Source: Epiperipatus broadwayi | Taxonomy: Eukaryota; Animalia; Onychophora | Direction: 5' to 3' | DNA length: 64,000 nucleotides | Assembly: GCA_028023455.1 (NCBI GenBank) | Contig: JAQFVV010000006.1 | Location: 17,608,001 to 17,672,000 of the forward strand | Shown: positions 12,286 through 25,680 of the stretch, one piece after another | Position numbering within the stretch: the first letter of the stretch is position 1 | Layout: each line of letters begins with the position of its first letter | The notes under the pieces: model-generated | Database searches by the model: none | Told to the model about the DNA's origin: nothing | Seen by the model: only the letters and a program-made list of their open reading frames with translations | Made by a program: the position numbers and the translations under genes

Positions 12286-14849
12286 CATATTATCACATCC
12301 TGTAGAAGTAAAGTAGTTCTTTATATGATTATCCAGATTTGATGTTTGCTTGACAGCATTTAATAATAATTATCATTTAGAATATTTTTAATTTTTCTCC
12401 AAAAAATCTTTGTGTATGGTTTGTAAAAGTTTGTCTTCCTCCTCTCCCAAATTCTGCAAAATTAAGCCTAATGTCGTAGGGTAGCTTTTTATATTCTTAA
12501 AAGTATGCTATTTTGATTACTGCCAATAACTTATTAAATCTGCTTCATCTTTATTTATGATTGTGATTCTTTCCAATCACTGTCTGATATTTTTTGTTTA
12601 GTCTGAGTGTAATACACTTTGTAGACTGACTTTCAGGTGATCAAACAAATGATTTAAAATCAATCGCAATAACTGTAAAAGACTGTCTTGTTTTGATTTA
12701 CAAACTTCTATTTTGCTTATAACTATTGGATGTTATATTCATGCATCCACGTTATCTATTGCAAAACTTGTACATTTGATGATGTTTCCCTTTGTATTAT
12801 ATATAAACATTATTTGTAATACATAATCATCATTCAGATTCAAAATAAAGGTGTTATCTTGGCTATCTAATGAAGAAAATTGTTCTTGAAGACCCAAGCC
12901 AAATTACTTATCTCACTCAAATTATAAATGTTTAAATATATAAACTGTATTTTGCTATTCATGAAAATAATAAAGAAAAGACTGCATAATTTTTGTAATT
13001 GAACATATAGGGGGGGAAAAAACTCTTTTTCTCCATAAAATCTGATTAATTGGTCTGGGCTGTTATTCTAATATACAAAGTTTTGTGTTTCAAGAGCAAA
13101 GTCTATGAAGGAGTAGCATTTTTTGGAACTTTTATTGAAATAATTGAAATAACGAATTTATAAACAAATTAATTATTTACTCGTGAATACACAAATATCT
13201 TTTCTAACCCCAAAGTAGGTAAATGGTATAAAATTTTCAGTGGTTTAAACATAAAAATCTGAAACTTTCAGCCCCCTGGTTTAGTGGCATAGCTAGAATT
13301 TTTGAACCTTTATGCAAATTTTCAAAAAAAGGCCCTTTTTAAATATTGATATGACATGTAGCTTGACTTTTTTGTGTGTGTATGTATATATAATAAACGG
13401 ATTTTAAAAACCTTATATATATATATATATATTGCCTTGATTTGCTTTACAATAGCTACCCTAGCCTTTTCTATATTTACATTTATTTGCTAGTAAAACG
13501 ATTGAAGATAAAATGATTTTGTGAGCCAACCATGACATCTGTTATAATAGGCATCATCCTAATGCAAATTTTGTAAACTCTTTCCTACCCCCCCCCTTAA
13601 AATATAAATATATTCTGTCCTACAAAATAATACAAATAAAAAAGTTAAAATAAAAATGTAAAAATTATTGTAAACATTTTTTTATATACGATCTTGTTGC
13701 TATTAAGTTAACCTAATAGGTAAATAAATAAATAATAAATAAATCTTTTATAAACATCGTAAAATCCTGAAAATTATAATTCATGTAATAAATTTTAAGA
13801 GGTAGAATTTCTTTAAATAAAAAATATGCATACGTTTTTATAAAAAGGTAATAGAAAATTGTCTTAAAAACTCAACGCTATGTGTTTAACTATATCTTTT
13901 AAAAGGTGTTATTATTTTATATTTTTAAAAAATGGATAGATATATAATGTAATCCTTGAGAACATAAAGAGGAAACATTCAGAGGTCTTTCATGCCTGCA
14001 GCTCATCTTGGTAGTTGAACAAGTCTTTTTATGATTTAAAATCTTTTGATACAGATTGAAACATAGATATAGTTTTTTATTATTACCTCTAACCAATTTA
14101 TCTTCTCTTTTTTTTTTGTATGTTATACTTCTTGTGTGTGTGTGTATATATATATATCTTTAAAGACATATAAACATACTTATAAAATGTGTGTATAGGT
14201 AAATGGAAAACCAGCCTGCAGAACAATGACCTTTTCAACGGCCTCTCGTAGGAGAGGATGGGGGAAAACGGGTCATTGTTCACCATTCTTGCAAAATCCC
14301 AGGTAGGAAGGGATTTGCACATTCTTTCGTCTCCATTTTACTCTTTCAGATTAGTTAAATATCCATTTTCTAACAATAATTTAATGATTAGCTGGATTAG
14401 CTATGGCTTGCCATGAACCTAACTATTGATTCCTAAAAACTGCTGGTACACTGTAAATAAGACCCTCCACATGTACATAATGAGATCATGATCATTTGTG
14501 GTATTTTTATTTTAATTGAAAGTATTTGAAGTATAACAAATATTTTAAAGGCATATCCATAGTATTTAGTCACATGGATAGATCCAGAGAGTAGTCATAT
14601 CACCATTTCAACCTTTTCCCCCCACTTCGTTCTCTTCATTGCCCAGTTCTTCAATTCCATGAAACCATGAAAGTTAATGTGAGAAATTATATGTTAATAG
14701 CTCTTAATTTTAATTTTAGTGTAACCATCGTTTTTCAATTGGGCCAAGCCATCTTTTTCTACTTTCAGAAATTTATAATTAGATATATTCGATTTTTAAT
14801 TTTAAAAAATTTGTCTATATCTGATTTTTTTAAAAAGTATAATAATGCT

Positions 14850-15890
14850 ACTTACATAGCATACCTACTGGCAGCTTGCCGTCCATTTTTATTTTAAATA
14901 ATCCATTTTCAGGGGCTTCCAATACATGGTATAAACAACATGGCTGGCTTCAACTTATCGTATTTAATATTTACTTTTTGTTTTATTTATTAAAATGATA
15001 AAGAAGCACTGAAGTCCAAAGGGTTATAATTAACAAGTTTTTTTATTGTAAATGCAGTAAAGAAAATAAAACATGATTAAGAAAACTATAACAAATGTGG
15101 TTATTCATGTTGGTGGACAGACACCATTTTTTGGGTGGGCACTATGCTGTAATTTTGTTTTGTTGATGGAAGATTCCAAATTTTAATCATACTTCCAAAA
15201 TGAAAGTCTGTGCTCATATACCCTATATATTACATATATAAACACAGGTGTATCAGTTATTTCAAAAATGATAAAGCAAAAAAGAAATGTTAAGAAATAA
15301 TAATGATAATTTTAGTTAACAAATGTTATAAAAATCACCATGTCTTAATGTTTGAACGTTATACTGTGAATGGAATTCATTAAAAAATTTATTAAATTTT
15401 TTTAAAATTAACTTTCAATTTAAAATACATAGACATTGTATTTTAAATGATCCACTTTTAGCGTTGAAGTATTTGTTTAAATTTTTTCCCCATGAAATTA
15501 TTTTTTTCGAATGTGATCAAAATATTTGTTTATATATATATTTTTCAAAATTATTTTCTCAAAAAATAATAATAAATGTATTTTAAATTGAAAGTTAATT
15601 TTAAAAAATTTGAAGACATTTTTTAATAAATTCCATTCACACCATAATGTTCACACATTAACATATAGTGCATCCCTAACACATGGTAACAGTTAATACA
15701 TGAGTAAAATTTACAATTTTAAAAATTTTTAATTACAATTTTTATTTTATTTTAATAATTAAAAAACAAATAAATATTGAATTTAATAACTTACAGAGTC
15801 AGAACAATTGTTTATACCAGGTATTGGAAGACCCTGAAAATGGATATTTAAAATAAAAATGGATGGCAAGCTGGCATACTACATAAGTAC
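14850..15890. mobile_element. Nested fold-back cluster
   Basis: Outer inverted pair about 14850-14940 / 15812-15890 (cagcttgccgtccatttttattttaaat...). It encloses an inner inverted pair about 15340-15430 / 15575-15664 and a family A fragment at about 15195-15262. Confidence 0.65.
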
Positions 15891-16638
15891 TGAAATAATT
15901 TTTAATCTTACAAAAAATAATTATTTAAGTACCTAGTTGATCATTGTTGTAAGATGTAGTTATGCATACAATATTTGTAAATTAACTTACATAATTTATA
16001 ACTTATAGAATATAGAGTAACACAAAGCAACTAGAACTATTGGAAAGAAAAAAGATGATTTTAACTAAACTGAAGAGACTGGGTTAGATGGAAATGCGTA
16101 CTATATGTCATTAGCATGTTTTTGAATTCTCAACTATGTGTTTGAAATATTGTGATAATAATAAGCACTTTTAGGTTTATTGAATAGTGTATTAGAATGG
16201 GAAAAGAGAAAAATAGTTAGAAAGACTAAAAATCATCAAGTTTATAAAGAGGAGTTGATTAGTAAAAATATAGAGTTCTGTTAAATGATTAATGATTATT
16301 TGTGTATTTATTCAATGATAATTGTTGTGAATAATTGCTAATTAAAATTGTGCAGTTCTTGTAAATTAAATTTATATAATTATGTATGTTTGGATATTAT
16401 AGTTATGTATAAAGTTTATATATGAAAATGGAATCATTGTCTTGGTCTCATAAGTTTGGCTATGGATATAGCCACTGGTATTATTGCTTTTTTTTTATTT
16501 TATTTCTTTTTGTGTTTTTTTGTTATTGACATAAAAAAAATTTTTTTTAAAGTTATAAATATTGAATATCTTTTGTTTTCACTATATATATTAATCTTTA
16601 TTTACTTTAGTACATATAATTTTATTTATTTTTTGTAG

Positions 16639-16888
16639 CCGCAAGTGAGACGACTACGACAACTACAACAAGTGCTCCAACTATTACAACTACTACAGTG
16701 AGTAGTAATAGTAGCCCGTTGCCTCATCCTGTACAGCAAAACGGACCGCGAGAACCAATTCCTCCCCTTCCTCCAACCATTCCCAGCCTTAGTGGCTCAA
16801 GGGAAGTGGAGAAGTCGGAGAGTGAAAAAGAAAATATTAATAGTACGAGTACTGTGTCACCCTATACAAAAGGTTCTTCGTGGATCAG
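16639..16888 (+). CDS. AUTS2: Internal coding exon of an AUTS2/FBRSL1/tay-family gene (Thr/Ser/Pro-rich region, similar to the start of vertebrate exon 7)
   Basis: Acceptor tttatttattttttgtag| and donor atcag|gtatgt. Length 250 nt, phase 1 to 2. Only one frame is open across the whole exon: (A)ASETTTTTTTSAPTITTTTVSSNSSPLPHPVQQNGPREPIPPLPPTIPSLSGSREVEKSESEKENINSTSTVSPYTKGSSWI(S). PTIPSLSGSREVEKS resembles the recalled human AUTS2 PIVPKISGLERSQEKS. The end phase matches the next exon. Confidence 0.88.
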
Positions 16889-18399
16889 GTATGTTGTCAC
16901 TTCCTATTATTGTAGCATTAATCAATTTAAAATAATATAAAAATTCCAAAGTAGATAGATTAAGATCATAATAGATTAAAGTTAAATTTAAACAAAGGCA
17001 AAACTCTCCATACAGTATAAGAGGTGATAGTGTGAAAGTTAAATTTATGCTATATAAATATGAGAGGAAAAAGTAGGATGCAATAGTGTTTTATCGAGCT
17101 ATTAATATTCTTGATATATTTTAATCCGGTTAAAGTTACAAGGGAGGTCTTCGAGTTTTTCTTTTCACCAGTCTGTGTTATTTTAGCATGAATTATGATT
17201 TGCTTTAAAGTTTTATATTTAATCTCGAATGCGTATGCATTAAAATAATACTAATAAGCATTAACACATGCCCGTTTTAAAACAAAATTTTGAAAATCAC
17301 ATACACAGGTCAGTAAATATCTATATATTAACATTGCTGAAGTAGGCACTGGGATTTTGTTTGCTTTTCCTAGTTTGTCCCATTACTCTGATTAATTTGT
17401 GACTCATTTTATTTTATATTTTTGGCTATTAGCTCGAAAAGTGTAAAGAAGGGCAACGGCTGATCTCAACTTTGAATTCTAATCATTATTTATGAAGGCA
17501 AAAGCCAGAAACATATCTGATAATAATGATATAATATTCAGTTGTTTGTTGATTTTTGAAGCTTACTATAAATGGCTCTATAATTGAATGAAAAAAAATC
17601 TGATCTTAATGCGTATGAGAAAATCATGTGTTCTTGTTGGTAATTATGGATAGAAATATCAAGTCTTGATATTTGTTATTAGTATACAGATTGAATTAAT
17701 TGGACTAACATTAAAAAAGAATTAGTAAAGACTTTAATGGAAAAAGTCTGATTGAATTAGTAACAATGGTGGCTAGATGGACAATTACTGAGTTGTGAAA
17801 GATTGAATGGATTTTTTTTTTAACAGTTCTGATTCTGATAGGGTGAAATTTTGTAATATTAATATAGATAAAAACTATTGAAAACTACAAAACTCATTAG
17901 AAAAGTTAGAAATTAGAGTGAAAACCATTGGAATGATGATAGGCTTAGCAGGTGATTTCAAAATTGGTAATTAAAGCGTACCTCATTGGATTATTCATTA
18001 ACAATACAAGATTAAATAATCAAAAGGTTTAATACCGATTCACAATTGTACCTGAAAAATCTGGAAATTATTTGTAGTTGTTATAACATATTTTTTAAAA
18101 ATAATCAGAATTGTGTTTCAATTGTCTATAGATGTGAAAATCAGATAGTAAGGAAAGTATTGCTGTTTTTAAATTGAGATTCCAGAGATTTTTGAGAATT
18201 CTATGGACCACAAGGGAAAAAAAACTATTTGATCGAATCAGACTTGAACCTTCTGCTTGAAATATAAATGAAATTACTCTATTTTAATCATAAAAAAAAA
18301 GTCTAATTTTTTTTAAAAAAATGTCTAGTGATTGTGAATCTTTCTGGTGAAAGAAAATAGGAATACCAGTCATGTGACGATTAGTACTTCATTATCACA

Positions 18400-18790
18400 G
18401 GTACTAAATATGTGTTTGAGCAATCTGAATTCAAACATAAGTCATTCTAGAGAAATGCAGTTACAAAAGTTGATTTGACTTCAACTAGTTCCTTGTATCT
18501 AAGGTAGATTTCTGAAAGATGTACATGTATTTTCATTGGAAAAATAATTTGGATGTAATATGGATTTGTGAAATACATTGTAATACCTATTTTTTAGAGA
18601 TGCTTTAAAAAATAAAGAGTTTAATTGTGTTTTACCAACTCTGAAATGATATGTGATGGATATTAAAAGTTATATATTGAAGGAGAGAATCTTTATATAG
18701 AACATAAGATAGATACACTAGAATTATTTATTTAGAGAAAGAATAGCTGAATATAAAAATTGAAGATATGATATGATTACTTCTCTAATT
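18400..18790 (+). mobile_element. Highly decayed RTE-like LINE fragment
   Basis: tgtgttttaccaactctg reads CVLPTL, resembling the RTE motif CVLP.LTYGCETW. Many stops and frameshifts. Confidence 0.35.
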
Positions 18791-19689
18791 TTATTTTCAT
18801 CTTTGAATGAAGCATTAGGAAATCTCAGTGTTAAAATTGGAAGAATAATGGTTCACCATTGAATCCTTTATACAAATAATAAAAGTGAATTTAAGGGATT
18901 GGGAAATAGAATTGATAAATTTAAAATTGGTGTATGAATTTTTTAACATATTAATCTGTTTATAGAAGGAATTGTGTAATAAAAAATTAAATTGTATCAA
19001 TTTCTTGCATTACTTGAAACAGGAATGTCATTAATTTAAACTGATATAACTATTTTTGGAGGAGGGCGCTGAAAATGCATTATAAAAGGCTTTAAATTAT
19101 AAAAGATCAACAGAGCTCTTGTTAGAAGCCTTTATATTGATGGAAGATTTTGGAGTTTAATTTTTATTACATAATTCTTAACATAAACAGATTAATTTGT
19201 TAAGAAATTCACATAACAATTTTAAATTTATCACATTTTACCAATACTATTTTCCACTGTGTTAAATTCATTTCATTATCTGCATAGTAAACACATTGTA
19301 TTTAATGGCGAAGTAACTCTTTGCCAATTTTAATACTGAGGTTCTCTAATGTTTCATTCAAAATTTGTTGAAATTATATTGATTCTAATATTTTCTGACA
19401 TTAAAAAAAAATTCATATAGGAAAAACTATAATGAAGAAATAGTGACCTTCATAAGGTACAGAAATTATCTGTACTTATATTTGAAATTCTGATTTTCTA
19501 ATGAATGGGAAATGATATTTTGATAATATTTAAATATTGTTAAACATATTTTGTCATAAAAATGCTTCCCTTCTATTAAACACGTGTTTCTAATTTATAT
19601 GTGTTAGTCAGAAGTTTAGGATGAGTGGAGAATATAGTTGAATGTGTTTATGAAAATCAAAATTTGAAAAAAGATTTCTATATTTGCAG

Positions 19690-19960
19690 GACATCCAAAA
19701 ACAATGTAAAAATGTTTTAATTTTTAAAAACTTCTGCATTTCGAAATTGGTGCAGGTCCTGAACGAATATGATTTTATTCATAAAGATTGATTTGGTGAA
19801 TGATATTTATATCGTTTGAACGGAAAGATCAATTTGCCCATAAAATCACTTGAAAAATACGGCATGAGGAATGCTTAAAGGACAAAGTCTGTGCCACAAA
19901 ACCATCCAATATTCCTGATATGCACAAGCGATTGAAACAGAATGAAAACTGTGCCTGGAT
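19690..19960 (+). mobile_element. Internally deleted Tc1/mariner-superfamily transposase remnant
   Basis: Segments translate to SKLVQVLNEYD (like YK.QLVQEL...D) and LKDKVCATKPSNIPDMHKRL (like YLKDKVYATKP....L..RI). Confidence 0.65.
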
Positions 19961-21688
19961 ACAAATAAAGAATAATTTGAATACTTGTGTTATGCATATT
20001 TTAGTCATCTATTTATTATAATGTTAAATTAATAAAATTAAATATGGAAATCTTTAAAATAATCAAAATATACATTCATTTTTTTCTAAACCCTATATTC
20101 ATGGGAGAATGAATATTCAAATTGCCTAAATTTTTCTTTCTTTTTTTTAAATTCTTGCATTAAAATTTAGTTATGTGCTGTTTTTGAATGACAGCATTCT
20201 ATGTTCTGATGTATCATATAAATATCTATCTTTGTTATCTCTCTCAATCATCCAAAAAATTATTTGAAGAAGCGCTCGCTGTTAATCTAATTAAGTCTCA
20301 TTCTTCTGAAACTCAAATCTCGTTTCATTTTTAAAAGGCTTAATAAAACACCTTCATCTATAATTTTATAACAAGATTCTTCAAAAGTATTGGATCCTAT
20401 TTTTTCCCAATTCTCATTCCTACAATTTTTTATTTTGTGTAAAGTTTAAATCTGATTCTTTGTTGAATATTGTACGCATATTTGAGTTATTGATAATTAT
20501 GTGTTTAAACCAATCAGTGAGATTTTTTTTTCCCTTTACATCTGTCTCCAGACTTTGTAATTTTTTTTACAGATGCTATCACAGCCATTGCTGTTTGAAG
20601 CTTATTTTGTCAGTCTTCTTGCTTCTGCTTTATTTATTTCATTTTATCATCTTTCTAATACACTTATCAAATTGACACTTATACTATCAATCTTACTCTT
20701 TTCTTTTTTATTGCTGATTAATTAAGAAATTATTTCATTTACTAATCCTTTTTCTTTATAATGTTCTTTTTTTAAATTTATATTAATAAATATCTTTTGT
20801 CTTCTAAATGGGATAAGAACACAATAGAGATGTTTCACAAACCTTCAGACAAAAATATTCATTACCATTGTTTTTAAAATATTGAGTATTTCTGCAAGCA
20901 AGATATCTTCATTTAGTCGGGATGTTGGCCATTATGGCGTAATTATCATAACTGAGTTTTTCTAAATAATCCCTAGGATAGGGTTTTTTTTCTTGGTAGT
21001 CATTACCCTTTAAACAATATATTCATTATGTTTTTGTGTGTGAGGTACTTCTAAAAAAAGAGATTGAAATATCACTTAATAATATTTTTATCCATTGATT
21101 ATTCTTATTTGCATAATTATATCAAAAACATTTATTGATTGCATGTTGTAATTTCAAAAAAAAAATTTTTTTTTTGTGAAACTCAATACCTATGTCAAAT
21201 TGGATTTACTTTATTCCATCATTATCACAATAGTAATCAGATTTAGGTTGAATTTATTAAAAGTATTATTATTTTTTTTAATGCAGTGGTCTAGGGAATC
21301 CACTTAAGAGCTTAGTCCTCTGCTCAATTCTCAATGGACTAGCATGGAAAATAAAAATCTGTTTGATTGATTGAATGGAACTGTTGTGCTCAGCCTGCCA
21401 TTTAGTACTTGATCATCACATGACCTTCCCAGAAACCAGTAGTACAATACTTCTTTTTTTAGTTACTTATGCACAAGTCTTTTTTGTTTCAAAAGCTAAT
21501 CGATTGAGGCTCAACTCATCACATGGAACGCTGAACATCACATATCTGGAGAAACTAATCATTTTTATTTGTGTATAGACATAAGAATAAAGCTTTTTTA
21601 TCATTCTTTTTTTTTTAGAATAAGAGTGAATATTTTAAAATATATTATTATTATTCTATATTAATTTTTTTTTTTTTGTCTTTTTTAG

Positions 21689-22203
21689 CACGAGTACGAG
21701 CAGCATCTCTATAAATATCAGCAGTAGTAACAACCACATTACTCACAGCAACCACAGTAATCACAGTAGCCACAGTGTTCATAGTACCCATAACAGTCAT
21801 AGTACTCATAGTAGTCACAGTTCCCATAGTAGTCACAGCGGTCACAACAACAATAGTTGTAATACTAGCATCAGTAATAGTAACCCTAATCCAGTTCTCA
21901 CAAGTAATATCATCAATAGTAGTAGTACCGGTATCAGCAGTTCTAATACTACCAGTGCCATCTACAGTCATCCCAACCCTCATATCTCACCAACACCTAA
22001 TCCAAGTATATCTTTATCATTACACACCAGTCATCATACGCCGACGTTCACACATCCGCCTCCGCCAGCATTACACCCACATACGAGTCACCATAGTATG
22101 TTCGCATCACCCATCCCTCCTCCACCATTAACATCACCAGCCTTACAAATTCCTGGAGCAGGACCTTCGCCTTTTGGAAGTGAGTCTACTTTAACTCCTG
22201 CAT
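21689..22203 (+). CDS. AUTS2: Internal coding exon of the AUTS2-family gene (His/Ser repeat plus proline-rich region)
   Basis: Acceptor ttttgtcttttttag| and donor cctgcat|gtaagt. Length 515 nt, phase 2 to 1. Open frame (S)TSTSSISINISSSNNHITHSNHSNHSSHSVHSTHNSHSTHSSHSSHSSHSGH...SHHSMFASPIPPPPLTSPALQIPGAGPSPFGSESTLTPA. The end matches the recalled human AUTS2 [28 protein letters not shown]. Confidence 0.93.
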
Positions 22204-24318
22204 GTAAGTATCACCTACCCAGTGGTCATTCTATAGTGGTGGTCAGATTTAACAATATTTTGTATCTAGAGATCCATTTCTTGTCTCTAGGACTCTTAAG
22301 ACTAGTGCTTTCACTGTAGCATTATTAATAGCATAACACTGCACATTATAATTCCCTATCTGCCGGAGTTGTTTTTCTTTTTTGTTTTAAATATATATAT
22401 AAAAGAAAGAAATAAAAATGTAAACAAATTTTAGACCATCTCCCAGTTACTTGTATCTAGCTTTTGAGTTTGTTTTTTGGAGTTTTTAGAAGGTCTTCTT
22501 TTTTTAAATAACTAACTGATTTTCCTCATAAGAATGTTTCTACATTTGATAACTTAATATTCATAGAAATTTAAAAATGAATATCTGTGACTATTAATTA
22601 TCACTTATGTTCTAAAATATTTTTATCTTACTTTAACAATTCTGTTAACTTACTTAACTATTATTTACATTTTTAAATATTCTTTCAAATACGATTCAGT
22701 TTATGTATTAAAAGTGCTAAACTTACTTATTATTACAAAGTTGGCTTTTATAAATTTGAAGAATTGGTAGCTATAGGCCATCAAAAGGATTGCATTTGTT
22801 TATGAGGCTAGCACCTACTTGCTTGTTTCTCGGGCTTTTAGCTTGAATATTTTTTAATAAAATTAAAGTTGCTCCTGAATGTGTGACAGCAATCCTCTTC
22901 TTTGTTGAAGATGGCCAGTAGCCAGAAATTAATGTTGGGATTTTGATGTAGTACATATCTCATTCATTACTCAAGGTTGCAATAGAACACTCAAAGTAAT
23001 GTTATTCCTTGAAATTAATACTTCTCATGCAAAATAATAGTAAGCTGAGAAAGTCATACAATACAATATTGGTATTGAATGAAAGTTCAGTTTTAGAAAG
23101 CGAATATAAGTAACACTGGTGGTCTCTAGATTACATCACGTAAACATGCTCGTAGAAATTGACTTTAAACAATTTGACTTCGATAATTTGTCACAAACTG
23201 TGTGTATTGAAATTGAACACAACTTTGAAAAGATAGGGAATTTTAACATTGTAATTTTCTTTTATTTTGTTTTTATTTTGTTTTTTTAAAAAGTACTTAA
23301 TTCAAAGTTGAAGTTTGGAAATTTGCAGGTATACTCAGCTTTGAGTCCTAGTCTGATCCATTCCTTAAGTCCATTGTCTGCCCACCTCCACTTTAGAATT
23401 AGACTGAGTGAGTGAGGCTTATCATGCACATGTCTGATGTCTTGCTTGCACTGCTTCATCCTCTTTAGCAGCCCCACCTCTTTGTTTGCATTGTTTGTGG
23501 GTGAGTGAAATGCAATCAATAAATCTAAAATAATCCCTGCTAATGTTTAAATGTAATAATTATTTTTATGTTGTTTATCAGGGATATTTTTAGATGTTTC
23601 AATTTTTTTTTAGTTATAATTTCATAAGCTGTTTATATTAATTTTATATTTTTGTAAATATTTCCATCCAATAGTCTTTCTTTTCTTTTTGTTTAATATT
23701 GCTTAGAATTAAATAAGGTTTAAAAAAATCACCTCTTTGCACTTTTCCCATGCTTTTATTTGAAATGTGAGCTTTGAAGACAAAGAATTATGAAAAGTGC
23801 AAGGACAAAATGATTTTTTTTAAAGATTATTTTAAAAAACTCAATATACTATTAATAATTGAAACTCACATATATGAAAATTCGCTCTTTTAATTTCAAA
23901 ATTGTAAATCATGTAATGTCAAAAACCTTAAGTGCTTTGACTAGTTAAATTATGTCTGAATTTTATTGTGTTGTATTTTATTTATTTATTTTGAAATGTT
24001 AAAATAATATTGTAATTATTTTAAATAAATAAAAAATGTTTTTCATGTGTTCATTAACACAATTTTAAATAAAGTTTACAGTTGATTGTAACTAAAACAA
24101 ATACAATCTGCTTTATTTAAAATAAGATTCTGTCCTATTCTCATTTGTTGTTAGTGATATTTAATAGCTTGATATGGCTGTTGAGGAGTATTTTTTTTTA
24201 AAGAACTGGTCCTGTGAAACTTTGCATTGACATAATTTACAAATTGGCAGTCATATATTATAATAGAGGGCGTTTCATGCCCTGATCATAAACTTTCAAT
24301 ACTGTATGTAAATAATTC

Positions 24319-24420
24319 GTCGAGAAGTCAGCGTGACTGCCTTGCACTTGCAGGCAGTTGCCCAGGTTGCGGGTTCGCGTCCCGACCGATGCTATGACAC
24401 TTAAAAATAATAATAATAAT
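24319..24420 (+). mobile_element. tRNA-derived short SINE, subfamily 1
   Basis: A-box-like gtcgagaagtc, B-box-like gggttcgcgtccc, 3' end gatgctatgacactt plus an A/(AAT)n tail. Close to the copy at 36604-36708. Confidence 0.85.
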
Positions 24421-25583
24421 GATAATTAACTCTATACATGATAAAAATTCAAAATATATAGTCTTGTACTAAGTAGAATGTAAAATTACATAAAATTCTA
24501 GAATAAATATATTTAAAATTCTATTTATACTATAGATTAGGAATTGAAATGATATTAGATTGCTAATAGATTGTATCTGTGCTGTTAAGATTTTGGAAAA
24601 TAAATGATTTCATTCATTCTTTTTGCAACTTAAAATTGGTATATAATTTAATCATTCCTCAATTATATCATTTAAAGTATATGTTTGTTATTATTAGCTT
24701 GATATAAAACTCTGGTATTATTTTTTTTTAAAGTAAATAAATTGATAACTGAGAAAGAATATATATGTGTACTTATATTTTGAATGGAAAAATATTTCTA
24801 TATGGTATTCAATATTAATGGTATTTCGCAGAAATGAAAATCACCCTGGATTACTATTTCTTCCAAATTAATACATAAGTCTTCTGAATGACTTAGGCAC
24901 TTTGCTTTTTAGTTTGGGATGTTATGCGAATTTTCTGATGACTTTTGTTAGATGTTGTTTGCACAGTATTCCATTTAATATTGCTATAACATTTCTAATA
25001 GTATTTTTTTGGTTTATAATTTCATCTGTTGTTCCACTTTATGTAATAATCATCCAAAGATACATATATTCCTCACTTTTTTCAATCCATTCAGTACACA
25101 TATTTTTTGTTATATTTGTTTCCATGTCTCATTTTTTATATTCTATTAAATCTCTAGCTATATAACTCAAGTAATTATGATTCTGGGCTAAAACTATTTA
25201 ATTATCAGCATGGTACAATGAATAAAGTATTTTATTAAGGTATTCTCAGTTTCTCACATTTCCTTTTCCATATTTTAAGGATTTATTCTACAAGCAACAT
25301 CCCTGTTTTAAGTTCTTTGGTTAAGTTTTATTTAATCTAAAATTATAATTTCTACTTTCAACTTTTGCATAAATATTATTATATATTCTTTTCCCCACAT
25401 AAAATATACATCCTCAATGTTTTAATCTTGGTCAATCTTAATCACTGAAATCTACTGAGCTTACAATTACTAGATGTCAGGTTTTTTTTGGAGATATTTG
25501 TAGATATAAGATATTAAAAATCTGTGCTTCGAATTCTTTTTTTTTTTTAATTTAGTGTTGTAAACAATTTGGAATTCCCTTCT

Positions 25584-25680
25584 TAGCCGAGAGGTCGTCG
25601 CAGCCGCCTTGCAAGCAAGTAGTTGGTTGCAGACGGTTGTGGGTTCGCGTCCCGGCCGATGCTATGACATATGAAAAAAA
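25584..25680 (+). mobile_element. tRNA-derived short SINE, subfamily 2
   Basis: tagccgagaggtc...gggttcgcgtcccggccgatgctatgacatatg plus poly-A. Nearly identical to 28595-28707. Confidence 0.85.

Noticed and set aside
16456-16638. Hydrophobic 60-aa ORF resembling a membrane peptide
   Set aside because: It is the translation of the T-rich tract before the 16639 acceptor. Most other 60-90 aa F/I/L/K-rich ORFs in the track are similar AT-bias artefacts.
21775-22131. Longest ORF in the track (118 aa, +, MFIVPITVIVL...) and the antisense ORF 21651-21983
   Set aside because: Shadow frames of the real His/Ser exon. The 9-nt repeat lacks stops in these frames, and only the third frame matches splice phases and AUTS2 homology.
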